64,000 nt of DNA from Mobula birostris (GCF_030028105.1 NC_092376.1:170157613-170221612); one strand, 5' to 3'. Positions 36,601 through 51,600 are shown, numbered from the stretch's first letter. Numbers and translations are program-made. Notes: generated from the sequence alone by a model not told the origin.

Positions 36601-39600
36601 AGCAACCTGGAGCCAATTGGCAATGCCATATATGGTGGCAAAGTCTAACTGACTGGCTTTATGTCATATAGATGGGACAGACTAGCCCCACCTGCACAAC
36701 TGTGGAGAATTGTCCACAGGAGATAGAGTCACACTCCCAGGTTGGTCCCCTGCTGAAGCTGCCAGAGTGTTGGAATGTTTCGGAATGGCACCAATTATAT
36801 TAAAATTAAATAAATAGATATTTTCATTTAATACATATTTAATATATAATATCATTTGAAAATACTTATAAATGAACAAATTCAGCTAAACACAAACTCA
36901 CAGAATCAAGTAATTTCCTTTCTTCCACTCTTTCCTCCTCACCCTGTAAATTCCCCAGTGAAATGAGTGACCTCGCACCAGGACCACCAGCAGTTTTTCC
37001 CACTGTCAATGCCGGGGAATATCAGTGTATTCCTACAAAACCCTGGTTGTACGTGTAGAGTGCAGCAATTGAGAGTGCCAGCAGATTCACCTCCTGTAAA
37101 TGCCAGCAAGCTGGGAATTTCACCTTAGGAAACACAGGACTGGAAGTCCTTTACTTGCTCACATTTCACGTAGGGAAATTCCAGCTGTTCTCTATTTTTG
37201 GTCTCCGCATGGCAATTTTGATTCAAGAATGCAAACAAGTTTAAGATGCAACTGAATTAATACATATATCCCTTTGTGAAGTTGCCCTTATGGAATGAAC
37301 TCTCTGACAAAGTCCAAGTTCCACAGAAAATTGGCTTCCTCATTGATCTTGACCAAGTGAGCCATTGACATGGTCCACTGGGTAACACTGATCAGTAGTT
37401 TCAAAGTCCAGTCTCACCCCAGACCCACTGTGCTGAGATTTATTAGAAGTCATCGACATGTTTCACAACACAATTCAGTCCCTATTACACCATGTCAGTG
37501 AACAGACCATAATACTCACTGTGGGGTAGATTCCATGGCTTCCTGTTCTTGCAGAAAATTGACAAACCATTTTTATGTCAGAGGCAATGAAAAAGTACTT
37601 TTCTCTAAGTTGTTTTAGTGGGAGAAGTACTCTAATTATTTGCATGGAAACATGTTATTGATCTTTGTCTGGCCCACTCACCTTTAATCCCAAAGTTTTC
37701 ATATTATTTCTGAATTCGTTTCCTTGGCTGTGTTTGACTCAGAGTGGACAATACTGCAAGTTCAAAGGTGTATTTACTAATTTTCAAATTAATGGTTCCA
37801 GAATCCAGATCCATCTGCTGGTACGTGTGTCTCGTTCTCCAGTGAGACACCCTGTTCCACCAGGCCTTGTCTGTTCATTGGAAAGGCCTCAGTTTCCAGA
37901 TGTCCAGCCATGAGTCTGGTTTCCATTCCCAGACAACAGGCCCTTCCCAGTCTCTTTCCCCTCACCAGCCTCTGTGAGCTGCACATTACCCACACCTTCC
38001 TCCCTTGTTTCCCATCTCCTCCCCCTTATTCCATGCTCCACAGTCCTCTCGTATCAGCTTCCTCCTGCTTCAGCTCTTTGCCTCTTCCACTTAACACAGC
38101 CCAGCTTCTCACGTCATTCCTTCCCTTTCACACATACCCACTCTCCTCCCATGGATTCACTTATAGACCAGGGAGCCTTACGTCTGTGGTGGGAAAGCTG
38201 TTGGAAAGGATTCTTAGAGATAGGATCTATGGGCATTTAGAGAATCATGGTCTGATCAGGGACAGTCAGCATGGCTTTGTGAAGGGCAGATCGTGTCTAA
38301 CAAGCCTGATAGAGTTCTTTGAGGAGGTGACCAGGCATATGGATGAGGGTAGTGCGGTGGATATGATCTACATGGATTTTAGTAAGGCATTTGATAAGGA
38401 TCCACATGGTACGCTTATTCAGAAAGTCAGAAGGCATGGGATCCAGGGAAGTTTGGCCAGGTGGATTCAGAATTGGCTTGCCTGCAGAAAGCAGAGTGTC
38501 GTGGTGGAGGGAGTACATTCGAATTGGAGGGTTGTGACTAGTGGTGTCCCACAAAGATTGGTTCTGGGACCTCTACTTTTCGTGATTTTTATTAACGACC
38601 TGGATGTGGGGATGGAGGAGAGGGTTGGCAAGTTTGCAGACGACACAAAGGTTGGTGGTGTTGTGGATAGTGTAGAGGATTGTTGCAGATTGCAGAGAGA
38701 CATTGATAAGATGCAGAAGTGAGATGAGAAGTGGCAGGTGGATTTCAACCCGGAGAAGTGTGAGGTGGTACACTTTGGAAGGACAAACTCCAAGGCAGAG
38801 TACAAAGTAAATGGCAGGATACTTTGAAGTGTGGAGGAGCAGAGGGATCTGGGGTTACATGAACACAGATCCCTGAAAGTTGTCTCACAGGTAGATAGGG
38901 TAGTTAAGAAAGCTTATGGAGTGTCAGCTTTCTTAAGAGGAGGAATAGAGTTTAAGAGTCATGGGGTAATGATGCAGCTCTGTAAAACTCTGGTTAGGCC
39001 ACACTTGGAGTACTGTGTCCAGTTCTGTTCCCCTCACTATAGGAAGGATGTGGAAGGGTACAGAGGAGATTTACCAGGATGCTGCCTGGTTTAGAGAGTA
39101 TGCATTATGATCAGAGATTAAGGGAGCTAGGGTTTTACTCTCTGGAGAGGAGGAGGATGAGAGGAGACATGATAGCAGTATACAAGATATTAAGAGGAAT
39201 AGATAGAGTGGACAGCCAGCGCCTCTTCCCCAGGGCACCACTGCTCAATACAAGAGGACATGGCTTTAAGGTAAGGGGTGGGAAGTTAAGGGGTGGGAAG
39301 TTCAAGGGGGATATTAGTGGAAGGTTTTTCACTCAGAGAGTGGCTGGTGCATGGAATGCACTACCTGAGTCAGTGGTGGAGGCAGATACACTAGTGAAGT
39401 TTAAGAGACTACTAGACAGGAAAATGGAGGAAATTGAGGTGGGGGGTTATATGGGAGGCAGGGTTTAAGGGTCGACACAACATTGTGGGCCGAAGGGCCT
39501 GTACTGTGCTGTACCATTCTATGTTCTACCAGCTGTCACTCCTCCCTCTACCCCAGTCTTTTATTCTTCTGCCCTTTTCCTTTCCTGTTCTCATGAAGGG

Positions 39601-42600
39601 TCTTAGAACGAAACATAGACAGTTCATTTCAAATTATAGATGCTAGCTGACCTGTTGAGTTTCTCCAGCATTTTATTTTTGTTGCTTCTTTTCCTTGCTG
39701 TATCTGGTAAAATGATCAAACGATATTTGCTCCTGACAAAAATTTCACAAGCAGGTATCAAGAATCTTCCCCCTATTTGTTTTAATGGGAGATTCACTCT
39801 TCACTGGGTGAAAGAAATCTCATGATTCTCACAATCTCTCATCATTTTACATGAAATTATTTGAAGATAATCAGAAATTCTTGTCTTCCCCACTTACCTT
39901 TGATTCCAAATATTTCATATTGCTTCACGTTTTTCTGTGCTTGAGTTAAAGTGAATAATCCTGCAAATTTAAAGTTGGGTCCATTAATTATCAGATTACC
40001 AGTACGATAATCCAATCTCATTTCCTGGCACAAGTTAATCGATCTCCAGTCATCGTTCCAATTTCCAGTCCACCGTCTTGAGATTCTGGTGAAAGTTCCC
40101 ATTTGGTAGGTGTGCTGCTCTGAGTGTGGTTTCCATTCCAAGACAAAAGGGCCATTTCCAGGATTGTTTGGTCTTTCAAGTATAATATCATCATAATTTT
40201 TTTCCAAGAAATAAACCTGATCTCTGTTTTCTGTGTAGAGAGAAACAACAACAACTGAATGAATATTTAAGACATATTTCCTTTACCCCAAGTAGGTCAT
40301 TAATGTTGAACTTCTTTTTTTCCCCATTCTTTTTGATCTTCTACAGAACCTTCAGTGAGACAGATGCAGCTTGTGAAGATCTGTCTGTCTAGAATAACCC
40401 AGCTGAATCCAGAGATATTTCATGACAGGAGAGGAGTGAGTGGAAGACAGACTGAGGTGGAAGATGGTTGTGCTGGATCTCCATCTGCTCTACCCTGTGA
40501 CAGGGTTTCTTGAGATGCGTGGGGATCAGGTGGATCCTATACACACCACACTGCACTGCTAGCCCTTGTCAGGAAAGACCCGAGACAGAATCAACTCGCT
40601 CCTTTATCCAGAATTGAACTAAAATGGCTTTATTTCTTACATCCTTCACTGACATGTGGAGTAAAAATCTTTATGTTATGTGTCTGTCTGAATGCACAAT
40701 GTGCAATTTATAGTAATTTATAATAAATAATATGTACAACAGGGAAGTCAATATAACATAGAAATTCAGTTGTGTCAGCATGAATTAATCAGTCTGATGG
40801 CCTGGTGGAAGGAGCTGTTCTGGAGCCTGTTGGTCCCGGCTTTTATGCTGCGGTACTGTTTCCTGGATGGCAGCAGCTGGAACAGTTTGTGGTTGGGGTG
40901 ACTAGGTCCGCAATGATCCTTTGGGCCCTTTTTATGCACCTGTCTCCTTAAACGTCCTGTATAGTGGGAAGTTCACATCTACAGATGCAGTGTGCTGTCA
41001 GCTCCACTCTCTGCAGAGTCCTGCAATTGAGGGAAGTACAGTTCCCGTACCAGGTAGCGATGCAGCCAGTCAAGATGCTCTCAATTGTGCCCCTGTAGAG
41101 AGTACTTAGGATCTGGGACTCATGCCGAACCTCTTCAACTGTCTGAGGTGAACGAGGAGCTGTTGTGCTTTTTTCACCACACAGCCAGTATATACAGACC
41201 ACATGAGATCCTTGGTGATGTGTATGCTGAGGAACTGAAAGCTGCTCACTTAATCAATCCCAGATCCATTGCTATCAATAGGAGTTAGCCAGTCTCCATT
41301 CCTCCATTCCTCCCGTAGTCCACAAGCAGCTCCTTTGTTTTTGTGACACTGAGGAAGAGAATGTTTTCTTAACATCACTGTGTCAGGGTGATGACTTCTC
41401 TGTAGGCTGCCTTTTTATTATTTTAGATAAGGCCAATCAATGTAGTATCATCAGCAAATATAATTAGCAGATTGGAGCTGTGGGTGGTGACACAGTGATG
41501 AATATACAGAGCATAAAGGAGGGGGCTTAGGACACAGCTCTGAGGGGCACCTGTGTTGAGGGTCAGAGGGGTGGATGTGAGGGAGCCCACTCTTACCACC
41601 TGCCAGGGATCTGAGAGGAAGTCCAGGATCCAGCTGCACAAGGCAGGGTGAAGGCCGAGGTCTCTGAGCTTCTTGTCGTCTGGAGGGAAGTATAGTGTGG
41701 AATGCAGAACTGTCATCTAAGAACAGCATTCTCACGTAAGCATCCTTTTCCTCCAGATGTGTAAGGACGGTGTGTAGAGCTGTGGCTTTTGTGTTATCTG
41801 TTGATCAGTTGGGTCAGTTGGTGAATTGTAGGGGTTCTAGTGTGGGTGATAGTCCTTGACCAGCCTCTCAAAGCACTTGCTTATTCTTGACGAGAGTACT
41901 ACAGGACTCCAGTCGTTCAGACATGTTACCCTGGTCTTTTTAGGTACAGGAACAATGGTGGATGTTTTGAAGCAGTAGGGCACTCTACACTGGGAGAGGG
42001 AGAGATTAAAAACGTCTATAAACACACCTGACAGCTGTGCTATGCACACTCTGAGTACCCGCCCTGGGATGTTGTCCAGTCCCACAGCCTTGTGACTGTC
42101 CGCTCATCCTGCGTACTTCAGTCTCAGAGATGACCAAGGTGCAGGCTGCTTCAATGGCTCTCCCCAGGGACGCAATGGTGGCAACATTGAACTGAGTGTA
42201 AAAAAGATTTAGCTCATCTGCGAGAGAGGCAGCGATGTTGGAAACTCCACTGCGTTTAGCTTTGAAGTCTGCTATGGCATGCAGACCTTGCCATAAGCTG
42301 CGTGTGTTGGTGGAGAGCTGTGTCTGGATCTTGTTCCTGTAGTGTTATTTTGCTGCCTTGATGACTTTGGGTAGATCATAGTTGCATTTCTTGAGTTCCT
42401 GTTGGTTCCTGACGGCGTAAGCTCTGTCTCGCGTGGTAAGTGCAGCACGCACAAAACTGTTGATCCAGGGTTTCTGGTTTGGATAGACCCCGACCGATTT
42501 TTGGGGGACAACATCCTCAATACACTTCCAGATGAAGCTCACAAGTCATCCTCATCCGGATAAAACTTGGAGTCAACCTCATCACGAAAGACATTCCAGT

Positions 42601-45600
42601 TGACATCATCAAAGCAATTCTGTGACATAGAGACCAATTGGTTGGACCAACCGTGGACGGTTTTAACTATGGGTGCCTCTTGTTTCAGCTTCTGGCTGTA
42701 CTCAGCAGCAGCAAGATGGAGAAGTGATCGGATTTTCCAAATAGTTGGTGGAGAAGCACTTTATAAGCGTTGTGGAAGGGAGAGTAGTAGTGGTCGAGTA
42801 TGCTGTCTCCCCATGTGCCCACTTGGATGTGTTGACAAAACTTCGGAGCGACCTTAGGCAGTGATGGTCAGTGAGGCCTGGCCTAGGCCATTCCACATTG
42901 GGAATGGAGGTTAAAAATCTGTTCTTGATTTGCAAGAATTCATGAATGCCATGAAGAGGGTGCGCCATCATCCCACCAGCGTAAACAGAGCCTCGAACCA
43001 TTTGATGAACATGCGGCAAGGTAGTTGGTCAGCAGCCATCTGTGCTACTGAGTTTCGGCCTTTGGCTGAGGACTGTGGCTGGAACGGGGAAGCTTTGGCC
43101 CCCTCTGTACTGCCACAGATTCTGAGTCGAATTAATGGATGCCTTTGCCTTAGGAGAGCTGGTAGAGGACTTAGAGGTTCCAATTGATCAGTTCATCAGC
43201 CTCGATAATCACTTGGCTGAACACTTTCTCCAGAGGTTGAAGAGGACTTGCCCAAGCCTCGCTTCATTGCTCCATTTCTGCCCTCATTCAATGACCAGCA
43301 TGTCTCCTGCACAAGATCCTGTCGAGCCAATGCAAATCGGCTGCACAAGACTCTCACTGATGAGAGGTCTGGGTGTCAGAGTTGATGTTGCTGCTAATAC
43401 TGTAGGAAAGCAGGTCACATGCAGGCTGAACGCCTGAATACACCCTTAATGGCATTTGTAAAACCTTCCTGTTGCAGGATCTGCCCAGACCAAAAGGGGG
43501 TTGCAGCCATTGGAAAAACTGCTAAGATTGTGCAGTGTCGAGAAGACTGTAGTGGTAGCAGCCACTACTCCCAATCCTACTGATTCTGGTGTCAAGTTGA
43601 AAGCAGAGATCTTCTGGGTATAACCCTTGCAAGAACTGGAAGGATGAGAAAATCATTGCATTATCAAGTCATTGCAAGAGGGAATATGATTGCTTTGGTA
43701 TTCTGACCCCTAGACTCCCCTGAGGCCTCGGCTGACAAGGAGGCAGACTTTTGCTCAGGGTAACCTGAAGCCTTTGGAAAACCCAATTCAGCGTCCAAGG
43801 GCAAACAAGCCAGCTCCAGTCAACAGTGCCATGTGAGTCCCGACCATGTCTAGTCGGGGGTGCACTGGAACTGCAGAGAGAGGGTTTTTATTTCAGAAGC
43901 AAGCCAAGAGGCCCACCAAGGCGGTGCTCAAGCAGTCTGAAGCCTTAGTAGCCAAGCCTAAGGGAACCCATCGCCATGTCCATCTAAGAGAAAGGCTCCT
44001 AAATATAGACCCTTGGAGCCTAGTCCCAGGAGCACAAAGTCCATTTGCAGTGCCGCATTCGCATTTTCTGAGGATAAGGATGAGGATTTGAACGCTGATT
44101 TGTTATCCGTCTGAACAAAAGATTCTTGTAAACCTATGGAAGAAAATCTACCGAATCACCCCTGCTACCTAAGGAGCCTCAGGAGTTATCCTAAGAGGAA
44201 TGTTCAAGAGTAGTTGTAACACCCAAGCCAGTTGAAATCCCTTCCTCCTACAAGGACTTGGAAGGGGTGCTGTGTTGTGGAAAACAGCCAGTGAGTGAGT
44301 GGGCCAGTGAAGGAGTGGAAGGAGAGGCTTTGACTCGAGAGATTCTGGCAGTTTTGGCCATTGGACTGTGCAATCAAGTAATCAAGATTTGAATAGCTCA
44401 GCAGAAAGCAGCTGATTGGGCAATTGAAGTCAGGTGACCAAACAGTTTGAAAAGCTCAAACAAATAAATAGAGGGGTAGTTCAAGCGGAACGGCCAGTGA
44501 GTGAGTGGGCCAGTGAAGGAGTGGAGCTTTAAAGCCTTGTCTCGAGAGGCTTCGACGAGAAGAGGCGGAGGACGAGCTTGCTCCCAGTTAGGCTTTACAA
44601 TGCCTCCTGAGACGGTGATGTGAGATGTGACAGCTTTGGGGGAACTTCCCTCTCCTGTAGAGTCACATCTGCTAGAAGAGCATGCGTCTGGGTGATCTGG
44701 AAGACCGTGTAAGGAACCTGGAGCAGCAGCTGGATGACCTTCGACACATAAGGGAGAATGAGACAGTCAGAGATGAGAGCTACAGGGAGGTAGTCACACC
44801 TAGGCTGCCGGAAGCAGGTCGTTGGGTGACAGTCAGAGGGGGTAAAGCGAAGTTGAGTAGACAGGTAGTGCAGAGCACCCCTATAGCCATTTCCCTGAAT
44901 AATAAGTTTATCATCCTGAATACTGTTAGCGGGGATGACTGACCAGGTGTGAGTCATGGTAGCAGGGCCTCTGGCACTGAGTCTGACCCTGTGGTGCAGA
45001 AGGGTGGGACGGAGAAAAGGAGAGCTGTCGTCATTGGAGACTCTATAGTCAGGGGAGCAGACAGGAGATTTTGTGGATGTGAGAAGGACACCCGCATGGT
45101 TTGTTGCCTCCTGGGTGCCAGGGTCCGGGATGTCTCTGACCGGGTGCACGACGTCCTGGTACGAGAGGGAAAGCAAACAGACATCATGATACATGTTGGT
45201 AACAATGACATAAACAGGAAGAGGGATGAGGTCCTGAAGTGTGAGTTTTGGGAACTAGGCAGAAGGCCGAAGAACAGGACCTAAAGGGTGGCGTTCTCAG
45301 GATTGCTGCCAGTGCTACATGACAGTGACGATAAGAATTGGAGGAGATGGCAGTTGAATGCGTGGCTGAGGAGTTGGTGCAGGGGGCAGGGTTTTAGATT
45401 TTTGGATCATTGGCATCTCTTCTGGGGAAAGTGTGACCTGTACAGATTGGATGGGGTGCACCTGAACTTGAGGGGGAGCAATATCCTTGCAGGTAGGTTT
45501 GCTAGCATGGTCGGGAGGGTTTAAACTAATTTGCAAGGGGGATGGGACCCGGAACGATAGAGCAGTGAAAGAAGTGCATGGAGTAAAGCCAGATCTGACA

Positions 45601-48600
45601 TATAGAGAGGCTTTGAGGAAAGAGAAGCAGAATAAAGGATGTAAAGGTAGAAAGTGTGTGTACCTCAATGCAAGAAGAGTCAGGAACAAAGGTGATGAAC
45701 TGAGAGCTTGGATACATACATGGAATTATGATGTAGTGGTCATTACAGAGACTTGGCTGGCACCAGGGCAGGAATGGATTCTCAATATTCCTGGATTTCA
45801 GTGCTTTAAAAGGGATGCGGGGTGGGGGGGGGGGGAGGAGGGGGTGGCATTACTGGTCAGGGATATTATTACAGCTACAGAAAGGGTGGGTAATGTAGCA
45901 GGATCCTCTTTTGAGTCAGTATGGGTGGAAGTCAGGAGCAGGAAGGGAGCAGTTACTTTACTGGGGGTATCCTATAGGCCCCCTGGTAGTAGCAGAGATA
46001 CAGAGGAGCAGATTGGGAGGCAGATTTTGGAAAGGTGCAAAAATAACAGGGTTGTTATCATGGGTGACTTTAACTTCCCTAATATTGATTGTCACCTGAT
46101 TAGTTCCAAGGGTTTAGATGGGGCAGAGTGTGTTAAGTGTGTCCAGGACGGATTCCTGTCACAGTATGTTGACAGGTCGACTAGGGGGAATGCCATACTA
46201 GATCTGGTATTGTTACGAACCGGGTCAGGTCGCAGATCTCTCAGTGGGTGAGCATCTGGGGAACAGTGACTACCGCTCCCTGGCCTTCAGTATTACCATG
46301 GAAAAGGATAGAATCAGAGAGGACAGAAAAATTTTTAATTGGGGAAGGGCAAATTATGAGGGTATAAGGCTAGAACTTGCAGGTGTGAATTGGGATGATG
46401 TTTTTGCAGGGAAATGTACTACGGACATGCGGTCGATGTTTAGGGATCTCTTGCAGGATGTTAGGGATAAATTTGTCCCGGTGAGGAAGATAAAGAGTGG
46501 TAGGGTGAAGGAACCATGGGTGACAAGTGAGGTGGAAATTCTAGTCAGGTGGAAGAAGGCAGCATACATGAGGTTTAGGAAGCAAAGATCAGATGGGTCT
46601 ATTGAGGAATATAGGGTAGCAAGAAAGGAGCTTAAGAAAGAGCTGAGAAGAGCAAGAAGGGGGCATGAGAAGGCCTTGGCGAGTAGGGTAAAGGAAAATC
46701 CGAAGGCATTCTTCAATTATGTGAAGAAGAAAGGGATGACAGGAGTGAAGGTAGGACAGATTAGAGATAAAGGTGGGAAGATGTGCTTGGAGGCTGTGGA
46801 AGTGAGCGAGATTCTCAATGAATACTTCTCTTCGGTATTCACCAATGAGAGGGAACTTGATGACGGAGAGGACAGTATGAGTGAGGTTGATGTTCTGGAG
46901 CATGTTGATATTAAGGGAGAGGAGGTTTTGGAGTTGTTAAAATATATTAGGACGGATAAGTTCCCGGGGCCTGACAGAATATTCCCCAGGCTGCTCCACT
47001 AGGCAAGGGAAGAGATTGCTGAGCCTCGGGCTAGGATCTTTATGTCCTCGTTGTCTACGGGAATGGTACTGGAGGATTGGAGGGAGGTGAATGTTGTCCC
47101 CTTGTTCAAAAAAGGTAGTAGGGATAGTCCGGGTAATTTTAGACCAGTAAGCCTTATGTCGGTGGTGGGAAAGCTGTTGGAAAGGATTCTTAGAGATAGG
47201 AGCTATGGGCATTTAGAGAATCATGGTCTGATCAGGGACAGCCAGCATGGCTTTGTGAAGGGCAGATCATGTCTAACAAGCCTGATAGAGTTCTTTGAGG
47301 AGGTGACCAGGCATATAGATGAGGGTAGATGTGATCTACATGGATTTTAGTAAGGCATTTCACAAGGTTCTACATGGTGGGCTTATTCAGAAAGTCAGAA
47401 AGCATGGGATCCAGTGAAGTTTGGCCAGGTAGATACAGAATTCACTTGCCTGCAGAAAGCAGAGGGTCATGGTGGAGGGAGTACATTGGGATTGGAGGGT
47501 TGTGACTAGTGCTGTCCCATAAGGACCTCTACTTTTCATGATTTTTATTAACGACCTGGATGTTGGGGTAGAAGGCTGGGTTGGCAAGTTTGCAGACACC
47601 ACAAAGGTTGGTGGTGTTGTAGATAGTGTAGAGGATTGTTGAAGATTGCAGAGAGACATTGATAGGATGCAGAAGTGGGCTGAGAAGTGGCAGATGGAGT
47701 TCAACCCAGAGAAGTGTGAGGTGGTACACTTTGGAAGGACAAACTCCAAGGCAGAGTACAAAGTAAATGGCAGGATACTTGGTAGTGTGGAGGAGCAGTG
47801 GGATCTTGGGGTACATGTCCACAGATCCTTGAAAGTTGCATCACAGATAGATAGGGTAGTTAAGAAAGCTTATGGGGTGTTAGCTTTCATCAATCGAAGG
47901 ATGGAGTTTAAGAGTCACGAGGTAATGATGCAGCTCTATAAAACTCTGGTTTGGCCGCACTTGGAGTACTGTGTCCAGTTCTGGTCGCCTCACTATAGGA
48001 AGGAAGTGCAAGCATTGGAAAGGGTACAGAAGAGATTTACCAGGATGCTGACTGGTTTAGAGAGCATGGATTATGATCAGAGATTAAGGGAGCTAGGGCT
48101 TTACTCTTGGGAGAGAAGGAGGATGAGAGAACACATGATGAAGGTGTACAAGATATTAAGAGGAATAGATAGAGTGGATAGCCAACACCTCTTCCCCAGG
48201 GCACCACTGCTCAATACAAGAGGACATGGCTTTAAGGTAAGGGGCGGGAAGTTCAAGGGGGATATTAGAGGAAGGTTTTTTACTCAGAGAGTGGTTGGTG
48301 CGTGAATGTACTGCCTGAGTCAGTGGTGGAGGCAGATACACTAGTGAAGTTTAGGAGAGTACTATACAGGTATATGGAGGAATTTAAGGTGGGGGGTTAT
48401 ATGGGAGGCAGGGTTTGTGGGGCAGTACAACATTGTGGGCCAAAGGGCCTGTAATGTACTGTACTATTCTATGTTCTATGTTCTATGTAGCTCTTCAGCA
48501 AGGCAAAGGCCTCAACTCTTTCACTGCACAACCCTACAACTGTTCAGAAGATCCACTGCCTGGTACTTGTCAACAATGAGGTCGATTGCATGCACTCTCA

Positions 48601-51600
48601 AGTTTGCAGGGAAGTGCTTTGTAGGAGTATATAAAAGAAGCTCTTGCCATGGGATTCATTCGACCCTCCACCTCAACAGAGGGTGCAGGCTTTTTCTTCT
48701 TCATTGAGAAAAAGGAAGGGCGGCCTGTGGTCATGCATTGATTATAGAGAACTGAATTGCATAATGGCCAAGAATTGTTACCCGCTTCCACTCATGAACA
48801 CTGCCTTTGGGATTCTCCAAGGGGCAAGAGCATTCTCAAAGCTGGACTTGTGGAGTGCGTACAATCTGGTCCACAGAAAAGAGGGCAACAAGTGGACACT
48901 ACATTCAACACACTGACAAAGCACTATGAGGCATGTGTTTGGCTTTCCAAATGCTCCAGCAGTTTTCCAGGCCTTTATAAATTATGTCCTTCGGGATGCT
49001 GTCTATAACTGTGCCTTTGTTAACTTGGATGACACCCTAATTTTCTCAAAGTACATGGAGGAGCTTGTGGCTAATATCAGAAATATTTTAAAGAGGCTTC
49101 TAGATTATGGACTTTAGGTCAAGCTGGAGAAAACCAAATTTCACAAAATCACCTTTTCATTTTTTGGTTTTATCATCTCCAATGGCAGTCTCAAGATGGA
49201 CCCTAGTAAGGCTCAAGCAGTCAGAGATTGGCCACAACCATCCAATATGAAGCAAATCCAATGATTCCTGGGATTTGCCAACTTTTACAGAAAGTTTTCC
49301 GGTCAAGATGGCTATGGCATAAATGTGATGAGAAGGCTGCTGGATGGAGCGCAAGCCAGTGATTGCCTCCATTTCGCAGATTAAAACTTCCATTGTTCGC
49401 TGATTAAAGTGGCAATGGTGACTGAAGCATTGAGATGAATGCGGAAGGTGAGAACTGGCTACCTGCCTTTTGACTGCTGGTGGGATCACTCTGCTGCAGG
49501 GACTGAAATACCTGCTGTTGGGCCTGGAGAATGTTACCCAGATTTTCTGCATTTTGAATATGGACTTGGACTATAGATTTTTTTTCAGCCTTATAAGTTT
49601 TTACATACTACGTTTTTCACCCAATCTTTCATGTTTTTTGTGTGCAGGCGTTGGGGGTTTTGGAGATCAATATGTCTGTTGTATTTTTGTTCATTTTTTT
49701 TTGTGGGGAGGAGGTATTTGGAGGTGGATGATCGTGCCCTCTTGGTTTTGCGGCTGTCTGGAGATGAAGAATCTCATAGTTGTATACTTCGATAATAATT
49801 GAACTTTTGAACCTTTGAAGTTCATCAGGACCTTCAGCTCAGTGGAGGCTCTGCTGACAGTATTAACTAAAAGATCCACAGGTCCTTTTGATTGGACTAC
49901 CGAATTGGAGAGTGCTTTTGCAGAACTCAAACAGCAGTTCATGACAACTCCTATTTTGGTTTCACCTAACCCAGACATTCCTTTCATCATGGAGGAAGAC
50001 ATCTTAGTCCTTGGAGTGGGTGCATATTTTCTCAATGGACACCTTCAAAAAATAAACTGAACCCATGTCCATTTTTCTCCAGCAGAGGTGAACTCTGACA
50101 TTAGAAAGAGAGAGCTGCACGTGATCAAGTTGGCATTGCAGGAATGATGTCACTGGATTGAGAGGGGCAGAAACCCATTTACTTATATGTACAGACCACA
50201 AAAACCTGGATGTATTCAGGAGGCAAAAAGTCTGAATTCCAGGCAGGCCAGGATTTCTCTTTTTTTTTAACCAGTTCAATTTTGTTCTGACCAATCGACC
50301 GGGGGTCAAAGAATTAAAAACCGGATGTCTTATCTCATCAGTTCAATGAGCCTGAAAGAGAGGAGCAACCTACCACCATTTTGTCCCAAGCTAAGATGAT
50401 AGCACCCATTTGTTGGGGAAATGACACACTTGTTCACAAGGCCCAGCCGCAATGGGTGATTCCCAAGAATGGTACTCCAGGTCATCTGTTCATCCCAAGT
50501 TTTTTCAGGACTAAGGTACTTCACTGGAGACACACATCTAGAATGACCACTCACCCAGGGGTTACCAGGACCTTCGAGTTTATTAAAGAGAAACTACTGG
50601 GGATTGGGAATGGGTAAAGAGGTCCAACAATACCTGCAGGCTTGCAAGGTGTGTGGCCGGAACAAGGAACACCTCATCCAACCTCATGGGCTCCTTCATC
50701 TTCTACCTATTCCGAAAAGACTATGGGCACACATCTCCATGGATTTTGTCATGGGTCTTTCATCTTCTAACGGGAAGACTGTCACCATGGTAGATTGTTT
50801 TTCAAAAGCCTACAAGTTCTTCGTGTTGCGCAAACTGCCGTCAGTGGTGGAAATGGCTGAGCTTGTCCTGCATCCAGTATTCTGGTTCCACGGATTTCCC
50901 GTGGAAATTGTGTTGGATCAGGGTCCACCATTCTGTATGCTTGGCATACAGGGCATTCGATATGCTGATCAAGACCACAGTGATTCATTCCTCTGGGTTT
51001 CACCTGCAGCTTAACAGCCAGACAGAGTGGATGAGCCAGGATATGGAAGGAACGCCTGTCGTCAGAGAAACCAGATGAGAGGTGTGACCATTTGATGTGG
51101 GCAGAGGTCACCCACAATACTTTACAGCATTCTGTGCACAGAATGTCCCCATTCAAATGCCATTTTGGGAATTCTCCACCACTCCTCCCTGAGAAGGAGA
51201 ATGAGGTTAGTGTTCCTGCAACAGGGCAAAATGGAGTAGGGCAAGAGAGATTTTTTTGGCTTCTACCCACTAGGCTGAAATGAAGGCTAATCACAAGAGA
51301 AGACAGGGACCAGCTTTGCAACCTGGGCAACAGGTTTGGCTGTCTACTTAGGATCAGCAACTCTAGATGGAGTCTAGGAAATCGGTGCCCTATTTCACTG
51401 GACCTTTCAAGGTTCTCAAGAAAGTTCCCCCAGTAGATTACACTTTGCAAGATCCCAAGACCCTGAAGATCAATCCCACTTTCCACATTTCCAAATTAAA
51501 GAGCACCAGCTCTTTAGCCCCGCCACCAGATAGGTTTGTCAATGGGAAGAGGTCTTCACCGTAAAAACACTTCTGGATTCACAAACTGTTCAGTGTGCTT

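Noticed and set aside
50782-51486. 234-aa minus-strand ORF
   Set aside because: It is antisense to the Gypsy integrase region, with no independent motif.
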